From assembly GCA_963748625.1 (NCBI GenBank), contig CAVVJT010000007.1:1184001-1248000 (forward strand): 64,000 bases of DNA. Direction: 5' to 3'. The translations under genes and the position numbers were made by a program. Under the pieces are notes generated by a model. The model saw only the letters and a program-made list of their open reading frames with translations, did no database searches and was not told the DNA's origin. Positions 51,654 to 63,314 of the stretch are shown here, one piece after another. This DNA comes from an uncultured Chloroflexia bacterium (lineage in GTDB: Bacteria > Chloroflexota > Limnocylindria > Limnocylindrales > CSP1-4). Numbering within the stretch: the first letter of the stretch is position 1; every line of letters begins with the position of its first letter.

Positions 51654-52430
51654 TCACGGCGTCGTTGTGGGCGGCTCCCCTCCGTCCGTCTCCGCATCCC
51701 GATGCGACCTGACCACCTCGATGCCGAGATAGCGCTCGAAGGAGCCACCGGGAGCCACTAGCCGGATCACGTAGCGGCCGGGGGCCCACGGCGGGCGTCG
51801 CCCCACGGATTGTGGAATCGGGAGCCAGAGCTCGCCGAGGGCATCGGGCGCCGCGGGCTCCAGGCGGTCGAACGCGATGGCGCGCGGCCCGTCGGGTCCG
51901 ATGCGGTACAGGGTTCCCACGGTGGCCAGCGGTGGCCGTTCCGATCCGGTCACGGGAGCGCACCACCCGAGCGCCGTCACCGTCGAGGTGACGACCGAGA
52001 CGAAGGGGATGGCCGGATCGCCGGGACCGGAGGCGATCACCGCGTCGGCGGCCGACCAGACGCGGGCTGTCCGGCCGCCCCAGTCCTGGACCGTGGCGAG
52101 GCGCCATGTCCGCGGGTAGGCGCAGGTGGACTCGGCGACCGCCCATGCCGGTGTGGTTGGCCTCGTGGTCGCGGCACCGCTCGCGGCCGGCCGGGTGGCT
52201 CCCGCATCACCCGCAATCCCCTGGGTGGGTCCGGCCTGCGGCTCGGGCATCCCGCCTCCCGGCGCCAGCCAGTCCCAAGGCCGGACGACGCCAACGAGAA
52301 AGGCCGCCGCAACGAGGAGGAAGACCAGCACGGGTCCCGGTCCCTTGCGCCCGAGGCGCTCGGTTGCGGGGAGCACGACGCGCTCGTCGTGCTCCTGCCC
52401 GTGCGGCTCGCCTCCCTGTCCGGCGGCCAC
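51654..52430 (-). CDS. Hypothetical membrane-anchored exported protein
   Basis: Single TM, linker, globular Trp/Cys-containing domain; downstream of livF. Confidence 0.55.
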   Translation of the reverse strand: MAAGQGGEPHGQEHDERVVLPATERLGRKGPGPVLVFLLVAAAFLVGVVRPWDWLAPGGGMPEPQAGPTQGIAGDAGATRPAASGAATTRPTTPAWAVAESTCAYPRTWRLATVQDWGGRTARVWSAADAVIASGPGDPAIPFVSVVTSTVTALGWCAPVTGSERPPLATVGTLYRIGPDGPRAIAFDRLEPAAPDALGELWLPIPQSVGRRPPWAPGRYVIRLVAPGGSFERYLGIEVVRSHRDAETDGGEPPTTTP

Positions 52431-52464
52431 GATCGTGTCCCTGGCGAGGTGCTCCCCGCCGGGG

Positions 52465-53207
52465 TCAGTCCTCCCCGAGGTAGGCCTTGCGGACCGTCTC
52501 GTTGACCATCAGGTCACTGGACGGGCCGGAGAGGACCACCTCACCGGTCTGCAGCACGTAGCCGCGGTTGGCGATCGAGAGCGCCTGGAGGGCGTTCTGC
52601 TCCACGAGGAGGATCGTCATGCCGCGGGAGTTGATCTCGCGGATGATCGAGAAGATCTGCTGGACCAGGATCGGCGCCAGGCCAAGCGACGGCTCGTCCA
52701 GCAGGAGGATGGACGGCCGGGTCATCAGCGCGCGGCCGATGGCGAGCATCTGCTGCTCGCCGCCCGACAGCGTGCCGCCCTTCTGGAGGTGGCGTTCCTG
52801 GAGGCGCGGGAAGAGCTCGTAGACGTGCGCGACCTGCTCCTCGTTCTCAGCCTTGCTGCGCGTGAACCCGCCCATGAGCAGGTTCTCGTACACGGTGAGG
52901 CGCGAGAAGATCCGTCGGCCCTCGGGCGCGTGCGCGACACCCCGCGTCACGAGCTCGTGCGCCGCGACGTGGCTGATGTCCTTGCCCGCCAGCTCCACGG
53001 TTCCCGTGCGGGGGTGGAGGAGGCCGGAGACGGTCCGCAGCGTCGTGGTCTTGCCAGCGCCGTTGGCGCCGATCAGGGTGACGATCTCGCCCTGGCGGAC
53101 ATCGAGGGTGATGCCGCGCAGCGCGTGGATGGCACCGTAGTAGCTGTTGACGTCGTGGAGCCGGAGGAGGACGTCAGTCCCCGCCGGCGCGGGTGCAGTC
53201 GGGGCGG

Positions 53208-53211
<4 letters not shown>
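52465..53211 (-). CDS. livF: Branched-chain amino acid ABC ATPase
   Basis: GANGAGKT, PEGRRIF, LSGGEQQM, DEPSLGLAP. Confidence 0.93.
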
Positions 53212-54214
<1,003 letters not shown>

Positions 54215-54218
<4 letters not shown>

Positions 54219-55423
54219 CGCTGGCCCTCCTCGGTGGTTCCCTCGGCCGTCGTCATCTCGTCCTGACCGGGCTCGGTGACGGTGGTATGCAGTTCGCGCT
54301 TGCGGCGACTGTTGGGGAAGAGACCTTCCGGTCGCAACAGCATCATCGCCACCAGCGCCAGGCCGTAGAGCAGGAACTGGAGCTGGATGAAGTCAACGTC
54401 CTGGAGGAACGGGATCTTGGTGGCGTCGAAGAACTGGTTGAGGGACTTGAGGAGCACGTTGTTGATCGTGTAGATCACGAACGCTCCCACGGCCACGCCC
54501 CAGAAGTTGCCCATGCCGCCCAGGACGACCATCGCGAGCACCGTGAATGACACGATGAACGTGAACTGGTCGGGCGAGACGGTGACGAGCTTGCTTGCGT
54601 TGAACACGCCGGCGATGCCCGCGGTGGACGCGCCGAGCGCGAAGGCGAGCAGCTTGGTGGTGACGGTGTTGATGCCGTTGGCGGCCGCGGCGAGCTCGTC
54701 CTCACGGATGGCCTCCCAGGCACGCCCGAGGCGGCTCTCCACCAGGCGGTAGCAGAGCATCATCACCACGGCGACGATCGCCAGCATCGTCAGGTAGTAC
54801 GGCCACGGGTTGACGCCCGAGAAGCTGCCGATGATCGGGAGCGACGGGCGGACCAGGCCGCCGATGCCATTGGTGCCGTTGGTGACGGCGTCCGCGTTGA
54901 GGAACACGATCGGCACGATCTCGCCGAAGCCCAGGGTCACGATGGCGAGGTAGTCGCCGCGGAGCCGCAGGGTCGGTGCGCCGAGGAGGATGCCGAAGGT
55001 CGCCGCCACCAGGGCGCCGCCGATCAGCATCGGCCAGAACAGGTAGCCCGCGCCTTCCTGACCAAGGGTCTCGATGATCGGGACGCCGATGATGCCGTTG
55101 CCGAACGGCGAGGCGACGTAGGCATAGGCGTACGCGCCGATCGCGAAGAACGCGGCGTAGCCGAGGTCGAGCAGGCCCGCGACGCCCACGACCAGGTTCA
55201 GGCCCAGGGCCAGCAGCACGAAGACGCCGGCGTTGGTGTAGCCGTCGATCCAGGCATTGGTGGGCTGGGCGAGCTGGAGGATCGGGGTGTATGCCAGCAG
55301 CGGAAGGAGCGCGCCCACCAGCGCCATGCCGAACAGGATCGACCACGAGCGGTGGCGCGACGCGCGGGTCCGCAGGCCGCCGAAGCGCTGCGGCTTGGCG
55401 ACGGGGATCTCTGCGATGCTCAT
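54215..55423 (-). CDS. livM: Branched-chain amino acid ABC permease
   Basis: GLLDLGY, LRLRGDYLAIVTLGFGEI, AIREDE. Confidence 0.93.
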
Positions 55424-56469
55424 GCGCGCTCACCGAGCTGCTGGCCGAGCAGGCCTGCCGGGCGGAAGACGAGCACGATCACGAGGGTGCCGAACACGAT
55501 CGCCGGGCCCCAGCGGGTGTAGCCCATGGCGGTCGCGCCGACCTCGATGAAGCCGATGATGAAGCCGCCGAGGGCCGCGCCGACGGTGTTCCCGATGCCG
55601 CCCAGGACCGCGGCCGTGAAGGCCTTGAGGCCGGCCTGGAAGCCGTCATCGAAGCGGGCGACGCCGTACTGCAGGCCGTTGACCACACCCGCGGCGCCCG
55701 CGAGGGCCGACCCGATCAGGAACGTGATCGCGATGGTCCGGTTGATGTTCACGCCCATCAGGGCGGCGGCATCGCGGTCGGCAGCGGTGGAGCGCATCGC
55801 GCGGCCGAGCCGGGTGCGTCCGATGAACAGCTGCAGGGCGATCATCAGGCCGATCGAGGTGGCGATGATGAACAGGCTCAGCACCGGGATGTCCACGTTG
55901 CCCACGGTGATCACCCAGGTGGTCGGGAAGATCTGCGGCGAGTTGGTCTGGTACGGGCCGTACCGCAGCTGGACGATGTTCTGCAGGATGAACGACACGC
56001 CGATGGCGGTGATGAGGGGCGCAAGGCGCGGAGCATTCCGCAGCGGCTTGTAGGCGAACCGCTCGATCACCACGCCGACGAGGCCCATCACGCCCATCGT
56101 GATCACGAAGGTCGCCGCCAGCATCACGATCAGGAGGGGGATGTCGTAGATCGGTCCCTCCAGGCCCAGGATCGTGCCGAGGAAGGTGAGGCTCACGAAC
56201 GCGCCCACCATGAACATGTCGCCGTGGGCGAAGTTGATCAGCTCGATGATGCCGTAGACCATCGTGTAGCCCAGGGCGATCAGCGCGTAGATCGCGCCGC
56301 GCGTCATCGCATTGATGCCCTGCTCGATGGACTGCTCGATGCCGAGATTCGCAATGGCGAGCATGGCGATCCCGAACAGGACCAGGGCGACCAGGAAGAG
56401 CCTGACCGCCTTGCCTGCCGAGGGCACACGCGCGCGCCCGGCGTCGCTGGTCGCGGGGAGTGCCGTCAT
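55420..56469 (-). CDS. livH: Branched-chain amino acid ABC permease
   Basis: YALIALGYTMVYG..INFAHG, KAFTAAVLGGIG. Confidence 0.93.
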   Translation of the reverse strand: MTALPATSDAGRARVPSAGKAVRLFLVALVLFGIAMLAIANLGIEQSIEQGINAMTRGAIYALIALGYTMVYGIIELINFAHGDMFMVGAFVSLTFLGTILGLEGPIYDIPLLIVMLAATFVITMGVMGLVGVVIERFAYKPLRNAPRLAPLITAIGVSFILQNIVQLRYGPYQTNSPQIFPTTWVITVGNVDIPVLSLFIIATSIGLMIALQLFIGRTRLGRAMRSTAADRDAAALMGVNINRTIAITFLIGSALAGAAGVVNGLQYGVARFDDGFQAGLKAFTAAVLGGIGNTVGAALGGFIIGFIEVGATAMGYTRWGPAIVFGTLVIVLVFRPAGLLGQQLGERA

Positions 56470-56518
56470 CAGGTCCTCCGCTTGGATGGGGGCTTCGGGA
56501 CGGAAGGGGTGACCGGAG

Positions 56519-56558
56519 AGGAAAGGAGCCGGGGAGCCTCGAGAGGCTCCCCGGCTCC
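56519..56558 (-). terminator. Strong hairpin between the binding-protein gene and livH
   Basis: ggagccggggagcct-cgag-aggctccccggctcc perfect stem, followed by TTT on the minus strand. Confidence 0.75.
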
Positions 56559-56585
56559 TACAGGACTACGTCCGGGTGGCCAGGC

Positions 56586-57830
56586 CTACTTGTAGTCGAC
56601 CTGGACGTCGAAGACCCAGTCGCCCGCGCCGTCGGCGGCCGTGAGGTCGACGGTGTAGAGGGAGATGATCTTCTGGCTGGTGTCGCCGACCGCGTCGAAC
56701 TTGACGGGGCCGAGGACGGTGTTGAACGTGGTGTTGGTGTCGGTGCCGGCAACGCGGACCGCCTCGCGGGTGACGTCACCCTTGGCGGCGGCGGCCTTGA
56801 TGGCGTCGAGCACGATCTGCGCGCAGGCGTAGCCGGAAGCGGAGTACGCACCGGCGTCCACGCCGTAGGCGGCCTTGTAGCGCTTGTTGAAGTCTTCCTT
56901 GCCGGGGTACTCGGCGATCGCGGCGACGGAGCTGGCGCTGTTGGCGGCAGCCGCGCCGGCGATGCTGATGAACGAGCCCGCGTTCTCCGCGGTGCCCGGG
57001 CCGTCCTGGATGCCGTCGCCGCCGAGGTACGCAACCTTGGCCGGGTCGAGACCCGCCTGCTCCATCTGCTTGCGGACGAGGCCGCCACCGGTCGCCGTGA
57101 CGCCGCCGTAGAAGACGGAATCAGGGTTCTCGGCAGCGAACTTGGTCAGGATCGCGGTGTAGTCCGTGGTGCCCTTCGGCGCGCCCTCGCGGCCGACGAC
57201 GGTCCCGCCGAGCTTCTTCCACTCGGCTTCGAACGCGTCAGCGAGGCCCTTGCCGTAGGTCTCGGTGTCGTCGATGATCGCGACCGACTTGAGGCCGAGC
57301 GTGTTCACGCCGTACTGCGCGACGGCCGGACCCTGGATGTCGTCCGTGGTGGCGACGCGGACGTAGTTGATCTTGTCCGGGTTCTTCGCGCGCAGCTCCT
57401 TGCCGGCATCACCCTTGGTGAGGTCCGGGTTGGTGTTCGCGGGCGAGCACTGGAACAGGCCGGCCTCGTTGGAGATCGGGATCTGCACCTTGGCCACGGA
57501 CGAGTTGAACGGGCCGACGACGCCGACGACCGCATCCTCCGCAATAAGGGTCTGCATGTCCTTGGCGCCCTGCTGGGGGTCATGGACACCGTTGACCGCG
57601 TGGTCGAGGACCACGGTCTCGATCTTGTAGCCGGGGATGCTGGCTTCCTTGATCGCAAGGAGCGCGCCATCACGGGCCGGTCCCGCACTGGCCAGCGCGG
57701 AGCCGGACAGCGGCAGGGTGATGCCCACCTTGAGGACCTTGTCGCCGCCTGCGCCGGTGGACCCGCCACCGCACGCACCGACGACGATGGCCGCGGCCGC
57801 TACGGCCACGCCTACACGAGCGAACTTCAT
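56586..57830 (-). CDS. Branched-chain amino acid ABC substrate-binding lipoprotein (LivJ/LivK-like)
   Basis: Lipobox VGAC, VGPFNS, SPANTNP, YGKGLA; GGAGG RBS. Confidence 0.9.
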   Translation of the reverse strand: MKFARVGVAVAAAAIVVGACGGGSTGAGGDKVLKVGITLPLSGSALASAGPARDGALLAIKEASIPGYKIETVVLDHAVNGVHDPQQGAKDMQTLIAEDAVVGVVGPFNSSVAKVQIPISNEAGLFQCSPANTNPDLTKGDAGKELRAKNPDKINYVRVATTDDIQGPAVAQYGVNTLGLKSVAIIDDTETYGKGLADAFEAEWKKLGGTVVGREGAPKGTTDYTAILTKFAAENPDSVFYGGVTATGGGLVRKQMEQAGLDPAKVAYLGGDGIQDGPGTAENAGSFISIAGAAAANSASSVAAIAEYPGKEDFNKRYKAAYGVDAGAYSASGYACAQIVLDAIKAAAAKGDVTREAVRVAGTDTNTTFNTVLGPVKFDAVGDTSQKIISLYTVDLTAADGAGDWVFDVQVDYK

Positions 57831-58200
57831 GAACGCCTCCTCCAATTCCCCCCGCCTCAACCCGATGGCTTCCGTAGCCCGGGCACCAGGCCGAGTCCCT
57901 GTTGTGGCCGAGGGGACGCTCGGCGCGGCGGTGACTGCGACCCGGGACGGGGGACCCATACGCCCCGTGGCAGACGCCGCGGAGCGATGCCGTATCATAG
58001 ACACTGGCGTCGGGGATGCAAGGTTGTCGTTTGCATTCATCCCCTTTGCCACTCTCGTTCGGGACGGCTGGTCTGAGCCTCGTGTCGCTCGCCTCCCGGA
58101 CGCCCCAGTCACGCGGCTGGCGCGGAGCCGCCCCACTCGAACGGCAACTCGTCGTGGGACCCGCGTCCGACCGCATGCTGCACGAGGTCGAAACCACGGC

Positions 58201-58659
58201 GTGGAGTACCAGATCCGTCCGGCTCGCATCACGGATATCGATCGCCTGGCCGCCATCGGCCGCGCCGCGATGTCCGGGGCAGGTCACGGAACGCTCGATG
58301 CCGCGGACCTGCTCCGGCAGCTTGTCTACTTGCCGAACGCGAGCCTGTTCGTCGCCGAGTCGCGGCGCGAGGTCGCGGGGGGAGCCCTGCTCGTCCTGCG
58401 CCCGTCCGTGACCGCCGGCGGCTACGTCGGGACGATCGACTTCATGGTCGTCGCCCCCGACCATGATCAGGATCGCGTGACGGATGCCCTCATGGAGGAG
58501 CTGGTCCGGTCCGCGGGCAACAAGGGTTGCACCACGGTCGAGATCGCGCAGCCCTCCAACCCTGCCGACCTCGCGCGCATGCAGCGCGCAGGGTTCGGCG
58601 CCGCCGGGCCTGTGCTCCGGCGGCCCCTTCCGGCGGCAGGCACGGCCCGCCGGCTCTAG
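58201..58659 (+). CDS. GNAT-family N-acetyltransferase-like protein
   Basis: IRPARITDI, IDFMVVAP, LMEELV...GC; the acetyl-CoA motif looks degenerate (HDQDRV). Confidence 0.65.
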   Translation: MEYQIRPARITDIDRLAAIGRAAMSGAGHGTLDAADLLRQLVYLPNASLFVAESRREVAGGALLVLRPSVTAGGYVGTIDFMVVAPDHDQDRVTDALMEELVRSAGNKGCTTVEIAQPSNPADLARMQRAGFGAAGPVLRRPLPAAGTARRL

Positions 58660-58713
58660 CGCCCCCAGGGGCGGCCGGGCAGTGATCCGGATCGCCACCA
58701 CAGAGGAGTCATC

Positions 58714-60915
58714 GTGGGGAAGAACGTCGCCGTCTTCGTGGACGTGGCGAACATCTTCTACGCGGCCAAAGCGGCCGGTGTGGATATCGACTACGTCACG
58801 CTGCTGAAGTCGGCCACCGCCGGACGTGATTTCGTCCGTGCGTATGCCTATACCGGGCTCGACCCGGACAACGAGAACCAGCGCAACTTCCACCAGTTCC
58901 TCGCCCGCCACCAGTACAAGGTGGTCAGCAAGGACATCCGCAAGTACGGCGACGGCAAGGTCAAGGCGAACCTCGACATCGAGCTCGTCGTCGACATGAT
59001 GAAGACGGCCCGCAACCTGGATGTGGCCGTGGTCGTGTCGGGTGACGGGGACTTCGCGCCCGCGATCCGCGCCGTCCAGGAGATGGGCGTCCGCGTCGAG
59101 GTCATCAGCTTCCGCGGCAACACGTCATCCGACCTCATGGAGGTCGCGGACCTGTTCACCGACATCTCCCACATCGCCAAGGTGGACAAGGGTTCGTCGC
59201 GCTCCGGGCGCCGTGTCTCGGACGACGACGAGGACCTGTCGATGACCGAGGTCCCCGACAAGATGACCGAGGGCACCGGCCGTGGCCGTGGCCGTGGCCG
59301 TGGCCGGGGTCGGGGTGAGGACCGCGAGGAGTCGCGTGAGACGCGGACCCGCGGTCGCGGGCGGACCACACGCTCCGAGGAGCGCGAGGAGGTCACCCCG
59401 GTCGCGCCGGTCGGGACGGCCGGCGGCCGCCTCGTCGCCCTGCCGGGCGAGAAGCTGTCGCGCGCCACGTCGGCTGCTGTCGATGAGATCGACGAGGTCG
59501 AGGAGCTCGACGAGACCGCCGCGGAGGGCACCGAGGGTGTCGAGGGCGAGCTCGAGGGCGAGGGTGACGCCCAGCGCCGCCGCCGCCGCCGCCGCGGTGG
59601 TCGCGGCCGGGGTCGTGGCCGGCGGGACGAGGGGGAGCTCGAGGCCGGTGCCGAGGGTGAGGTCGTCGAGGGCGACGAGAGCGCCGTCGCCGCTGCCGCC
59701 GACGAGGCGGACGAGGAGGAGGACGAGGACGAGGCTGTCGCCCAGGACGAGGCCTCCGAGGACGCCGAGCCCCAGGCGGCCAAGGCGCGCCCGGCCCGCA
59801 CCGACCGCGGTGGTCGTGGCAGCCCGAGCCGCACGCCTTCGGGTGAGCTGCCCACGCCGTTCGACGACATCGAGGCGCTGGCGGCTCCGCGGGCACCCCG
59901 GTCCACGCCGTTCGGGTCGGTCTGGGATCGCCAGATCGGCACGCCGGCCGCGCGGCCGGCTGCAAGCACTGCGCCGCTTGACGACGAGGAGGACCTCGAA
60001 GAGCCCGAGATCCCGGAGTACCTGCTGGCGGAGCGCCGGCGTGGTCAGGGTGGCCAGGGCAATCGCGGTGGCCAGGGCGGCAATCGCGGTGGGCGCGGCG
60101 GGCGCGGTGGCGCGTACGCGGCGGCCATCGAGCGCGAGCGCTACGGCGGCGCGCGCGGCAGTGGCACCACCACCAGCCGGTACGGCGAGCCCAACCGTGG
60201 CGGCCCGCAGGGCGGCCGTGGTGATGGCCCGCAGGGCGGCCGTGGTGGCACCCCGCAGGGTGGCCGCAGCGGAGCCGCACCGCGACCGCGCAGCGATCGG
60301 CAGGAACGACCTGACCGCGCTCCGCGACCCAGCGGTGGCGCTGAGTGGAGCGAGGTTCCGCCGGAGCTCGAGGCGATGCTCCTTGCGCAGATGAGCACCA
60401 AGGCCCCGGAGCGCACGCGCCGGCCCGCTCCTGCCGCCGGGACCGCTGCCGAGGCACCCGCCGCGGCCGCGCCGAAGCGCCGGACGACCCGCAAGGCCGC
60501 CCCGGCCGCCGAGGCCCAGGCCCCGGTGGTCCCCGCCGAGACCGCTGCCGAGGCACCCGCCGCGGCCGCGCCGAAGCGCCGGACGACCCGCAAGGCCGCC
60601 CCGGCCGCCGAGGCCCAGGCCCCGGTGGTCCCCGCCGAGACCGCTGCCGAGGCACCCGCCGCGGCCGCGCCGAAGCGCCGGACGACCCGCAAGGCCGCCC
60701 CGGCCGCCGAGGCCCAGGCCCCGGTGGTCCCCGCCGAGACCGCTGCCGAGGCACCCGCCGCGGCCGCGCCGAAGCGCCGGACGACCCGCAAGGCCGCCCC
60801 GGCCGCCGAGGCCCAGGCCCCGGTGGTCCCCGCCGAGACCGCTGCCGAGGCACCCGCCGCGGCCGCGCCGAAGCGCCGGACGACCCGCAAGGCCGCCCCG
60901 GCCGCCGAGGGCTGA
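58714..60915 (+). CDS. NYN (LabA/DUF88) nuclease with long disordered C-terminus
   Basis: VFVDVAN, KANLDIEL..D, VSGDGDF...GVRVEV, ADLFTD; then about 550 aa of low complexity. Confidence 0.88.
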   Translation: MGKNVAVFVDVANIFYAAKAAGVDIDYVTLLKSATAGRDFVRAYAYTGLDPDNENQRNFHQFLARHQYKVVSKDIRKYGDGKVKANLDIELVVDMMKTARNLDVAVVVSGDGDFAPAIRAVQEMGVRVEVISFRGNTSSDLMEVADLFTDISHIAKVDKGSSRSGRRVSDDDEDLSMTEVPDKMTEGTGRGRGRGRGRGRGEDREESRETRTRGRGRTTRSEEREEVTPVAPVGTAGGRLVALPGEKLSRATSAAVDEIDEVEELDETAAEGTEGVEGELEGEGDAQRRRRRRRGGRGRGRGRRDEGELEAGAEGEVVEGDESAVAAAADEADEEEDEDEAVAQDEASEDAEPQAAKARPARTDRGGRGSPSRTPSGELPTPFDDIEALAAPRAPRSTPFGSVWDRQIGTPAARPAASTAPLDDEEDLEEPEIPEYLLAERRRGQGGQGNRGGQGGNRGGRGGRGGAYAAAIERERYGGARGSGTTTSRYGEPNRGGPQGGRGDGPQGGRGGTPQGGRSGAAPRPRSDRQERPDRAPRPSGGAEWSEVPPELEAMLLAQMSTKAPERTRRPAPAAGTAAEAPAAAAPKRRTTRKAAPAAEAQAPVVPAETAAEAPAAAAPKRRTTRKAAPAAEAQAPVVPAETAAEAPAAAAPKRRTTRKAAPAAEAQAPVVPAETAAEAPAAAAPKRRTTRKAAPAAEAQAPVVPAETAAEAPAAAAPKRRTTRKAAPAAEG
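60442..60911 (+). repeat. 99-bp tandem repeat, about 4.7 copies
   Basis: Units start at 60442, 60541, 60640, 60739, 60838; encode TAAEAPAAAAPKRRTTRKAAPAAEAQAPVVPAE. Confidence 0.93.
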
Positions 60916-60940
60916 CCCTCCGCATCGGGGACGATCTGAC

Positions 60941-62158
60941 GTGGACGGCTTCCTGACCGTCGGCCAGCCGGCCGCGGTGGCGGCCGTCCACGCCATGCTC
61001 GGGTCCCACGTGCCGCACGCCGTGCTCCTGGTGGGGCCAGCGTCCGTGGGCAAGATGTCGCTGGCGATGGACCTCGCCGCGGGGCTCCTGTGCACCGGAG
61101 CCTCCGGCGGGGAACGTCCGTGCCGATCCTGCCGGACGTGCCGGATGGTCGAGCATGGCAACCACCCGGACCTCCATCTCATCGCGCCGTCGGGTGACGG
61201 CAACCAGATCAGGATCGGCGAGCCGCTGAACCCCGATCCGGGCACCGTCCGCCGCCTGATCGGCGATCTTGCGCTCCTGCCCGTCGAGGGCGGCGAGCGG
61301 GTGGCGATCATCCGTGACGCCCACCGCATGTTCGAGACGGCCCAATCGGCCTTCCTCAAGACGCTCGAGGAGCCACCGGCCTCCACCACGATCCTGCTCC
61401 TCACCGACGACGAGGAGCAGATGCTGCCCACCATCCGCTCGCGCTCGGCCCGGATCCGCCTCGGGAGCGTGGGGTCCCGCGAGATCGAGCAGCTCATCTC
61501 CGGGCGGGGCTTGGCCGACGCGCCGACCTCCGCGCGCCTGGCGCGCCTCGCCGGAGGCCGCCCAGGCCTTGCCGTCGCCTATGCCCGTGATCCGGAGGCC
61601 GAGCGGATCCGCCTGGAGATTGCACGGACCATCCTGGATCTGCTCGGGCAACGCCGTTCCGATGGCCTGCTCGCTGCCAAGGGCCTGCTCGCTGGAGCGA
61701 TGGACCTGGCCCGCAGGCTCGAGCTGCCCGCCGCACCCATGGCCGACGCGCCGCGGGGCAGGGGCAAAGGCCGCGGTAGGGGGGCCGGCGTCCCCGCGGC
61801 GGCCGCGCCAGCTGCCGCTGGTGGCGATGTGGAGCCGGCTGACGAGGATGACGCCGGCACGTCGGGCAGGAAGGCGACCGCCGCCGACCGCCGTCGGGCG
61901 CTGACGCTGCTTCTCACCGTGTGGCGGGACCTCGCGCGGGACCTGGCGATGGTCCAGCGCGGTGCCACGCTGTCGGTGCGCCAGGTGGGCATGCTCGAGG
62001 AGCTCGAGGCGGTCGCGCGCCGCTTCGGACCCGACGGCACGACGCCGTTCATCGCCCGCCTGATCCGCGCCGACGAGCTCGTGGCCGGCAACGCCAGCCC
62101 GGAGCTGGTGCTTGACGTGCTCCTCCTCCGGTGGGTGTCGGGAGCGCGGGCCGCGTGA
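60941..62158 (+). CDS. holB: DNA polymerase III subunit delta-prime
   Basis: HAVLLVGP..VGK, C..PCRSCRTC, HPD, FLKTLEEP, LPTIRSR. Confidence 0.88.
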   Translation: MDGFLTVGQPAAVAAVHAMLGSHVPHAVLLVGPASVGKMSLAMDLAAGLLCTGASGGERPCRSCRTCRMVEHGNHPDLHLIAPSGDGNQIRIGEPLNPDPGTVRRLIGDLALLPVEGGERVAIIRDAHRMFETAQSAFLKTLEEPPASTTILLLTDDEEQMLPTIRSRSARIRLGSVGSREIEQLISGRGLADAPTSARLARLAGGRPGLAVAYARDPEAERIRLEIARTILDLLGQRRSDGLLAAKGLLAGAMDLARRLELPAAPMADAPRGRGKGRGRGAGVPAAAAPAAAGGDVEPADEDDAGTSGRKATAADRRRALTLLLTVWRDLARDLAMVQRGATLSVRQVGMLEELEAVARRFGPDGTTPFIARLIRADELVAGNASPELVLDVLLLRWVSGARAA

Positions 62159-62451
62159 GCGTGGAGCGCCTGGACGCCACGGTCCGCGGGCGCGTCCAGG
62201 GGGTGGGCTACCGGGTCTTCGCGCTCCGTGAGGCGGAATACCTGGGCCTCAGCGGCCAGGTGGCCAACATGGCCGACGGGTCGGTGCATGTCATCGCCGA
62301 AGGGCCCCGCGCCGACCTCGATGCCCTCCTGGAGCGGCTGGAGGCAGGGCCGCCCGCGGGCATCGTGGAGCGCGTGATCACCCGCTGGGAGCCGGCCCGC
62401 GGCATGGCGCCCGGGTTCCGCATCGAGATCGGCGCACACCGGGGCGACTGA
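62155..62451 (+). CDS. acyP: Acylphosphatase
   Basis: GRVQGVGYR, G.VAN..DGSV. Confidence 0.92.
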   Translation: MSVERLDATVRGRVQGVGYRVFALREAEYLGLSGQVANMADGSVHVIAEGPRADLDALLERLEAGPPAGIVERVITRWEPARGMAPGFRIEIGAHRGD

Positions 62452-62579
62452 CGGCCGGCAGGTCCATGGCGGGCGCCCGCGCGTGCCCGCCTGCCGCCGG
62501 GTGGCCGGTACTCCCAGCGCCTCGACCCGGTACCACCCTCCCATTCCGCGCGGTGCAGCCGCAGGGCACGCTGCGGGGG

Positions 62580-62891
62580 ATGGACCGCAACCCTGCCGAC
62601 GAGCTCCCCGATCTGTACCGCAAGGTGCTCGACGCGCTGGCCCGCCTCGAGGCGGCCGGTGATCGGACCGCTGCCTACGACCTGCGCCTGCGCGCCCACC
62701 GCACCTATGCGACGCGCTGGGATGAGGGTGGCCGCCGAACGCTGCACCGGATCGCACGCGATGCCGAGGCCAGGCTGGCGTCAGGCCGCCGCACGATGCC
62801 GTCCCGGGCGCTCGCCGCGGCCGCACCCGCCTGGCGCCGCCGCCCGAGCCGCGTAGCCGCATCTGCGCCGCACCGCACCCGAGCCGCGTAG
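62580..62891 (+). CDS. Hypothetical protein
   Basis: MDRNPADELPDLYRKVLDALARLE; codon bias; C-terminus runs into a repeat. Confidence 0.55.
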   Translation: MDRNPADELPDLYRKVLDALARLEAAGDRTAAYDLRLRAHRTYATRWDEGGRRTLHRIARDAEARLASGRRTMPSRALAAAAPAWRRRPSRVAASAPHRTRAA

Positions 62892-62960
62892 CCCGCATCT
62901 GCGCCGCACCGCACCCGAGCCGCGTAGCCCGCATCTGCGCCGCACCGCACCCGCGCCGCG
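62843..62960 (+). repeat. 36-bp tandem repeat, about 3 copies
   Basis: cccgagccgcgtagcccgcatctgcgccgcaccgca, head-to-tail without spacers. Confidence 0.85.
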
Positions 62961-63014
62961 TCGTCTGCGCCCGTATCCGACGCCGGCCGCCCGGCGTGCC
63001 GTACGCTGGGCCCG

Positions 63015-63314
63015 ATGACCACCTCCGTCGCCGATTGCATCACCCGCGCCCTGGCGGGCTTCGACACGCTCGCCACGATCGCTGAGCCGGTCGAGGACGA
63101 GTGGCAGTACGTCACCGACCTCGGAACGGTGTGGAAGGCGCGCCTGACCGCGGTCATCGAGGCGCGCGGAGCCGAGGAGGCACCTGCGGGCGTTGATGCG
63201 GCCATCGACGCCCTCGTCGCCGAGGCGGGCGCGATCACCGATCCGCACAGGGCCATCGACTGGCTGTCCACCCTGCCGCAGGTGACCCTGGCCGCTCTGG
63301 GCGAGGCCGCCTGA
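63015..63314 (+). CDS. Hypothetical protein
   Basis: Codon bias; TGATG coupling to the next gene. Confidence 0.65.
   Translation: MTTSVADCITRALAGFDTLATIAEPVEDEWQYVTDLGTVWKARLTAVIEARGAEEAPAGVDAAIDALVAEAGAITDPHRAIDWLSTLPQVTLAALGEAA

Noticed and set aside
62843-62960. 36-bp repeats as a CRISPR array
   Set aside because: Head-to-tail copies without unique spacers, and no cas genes.
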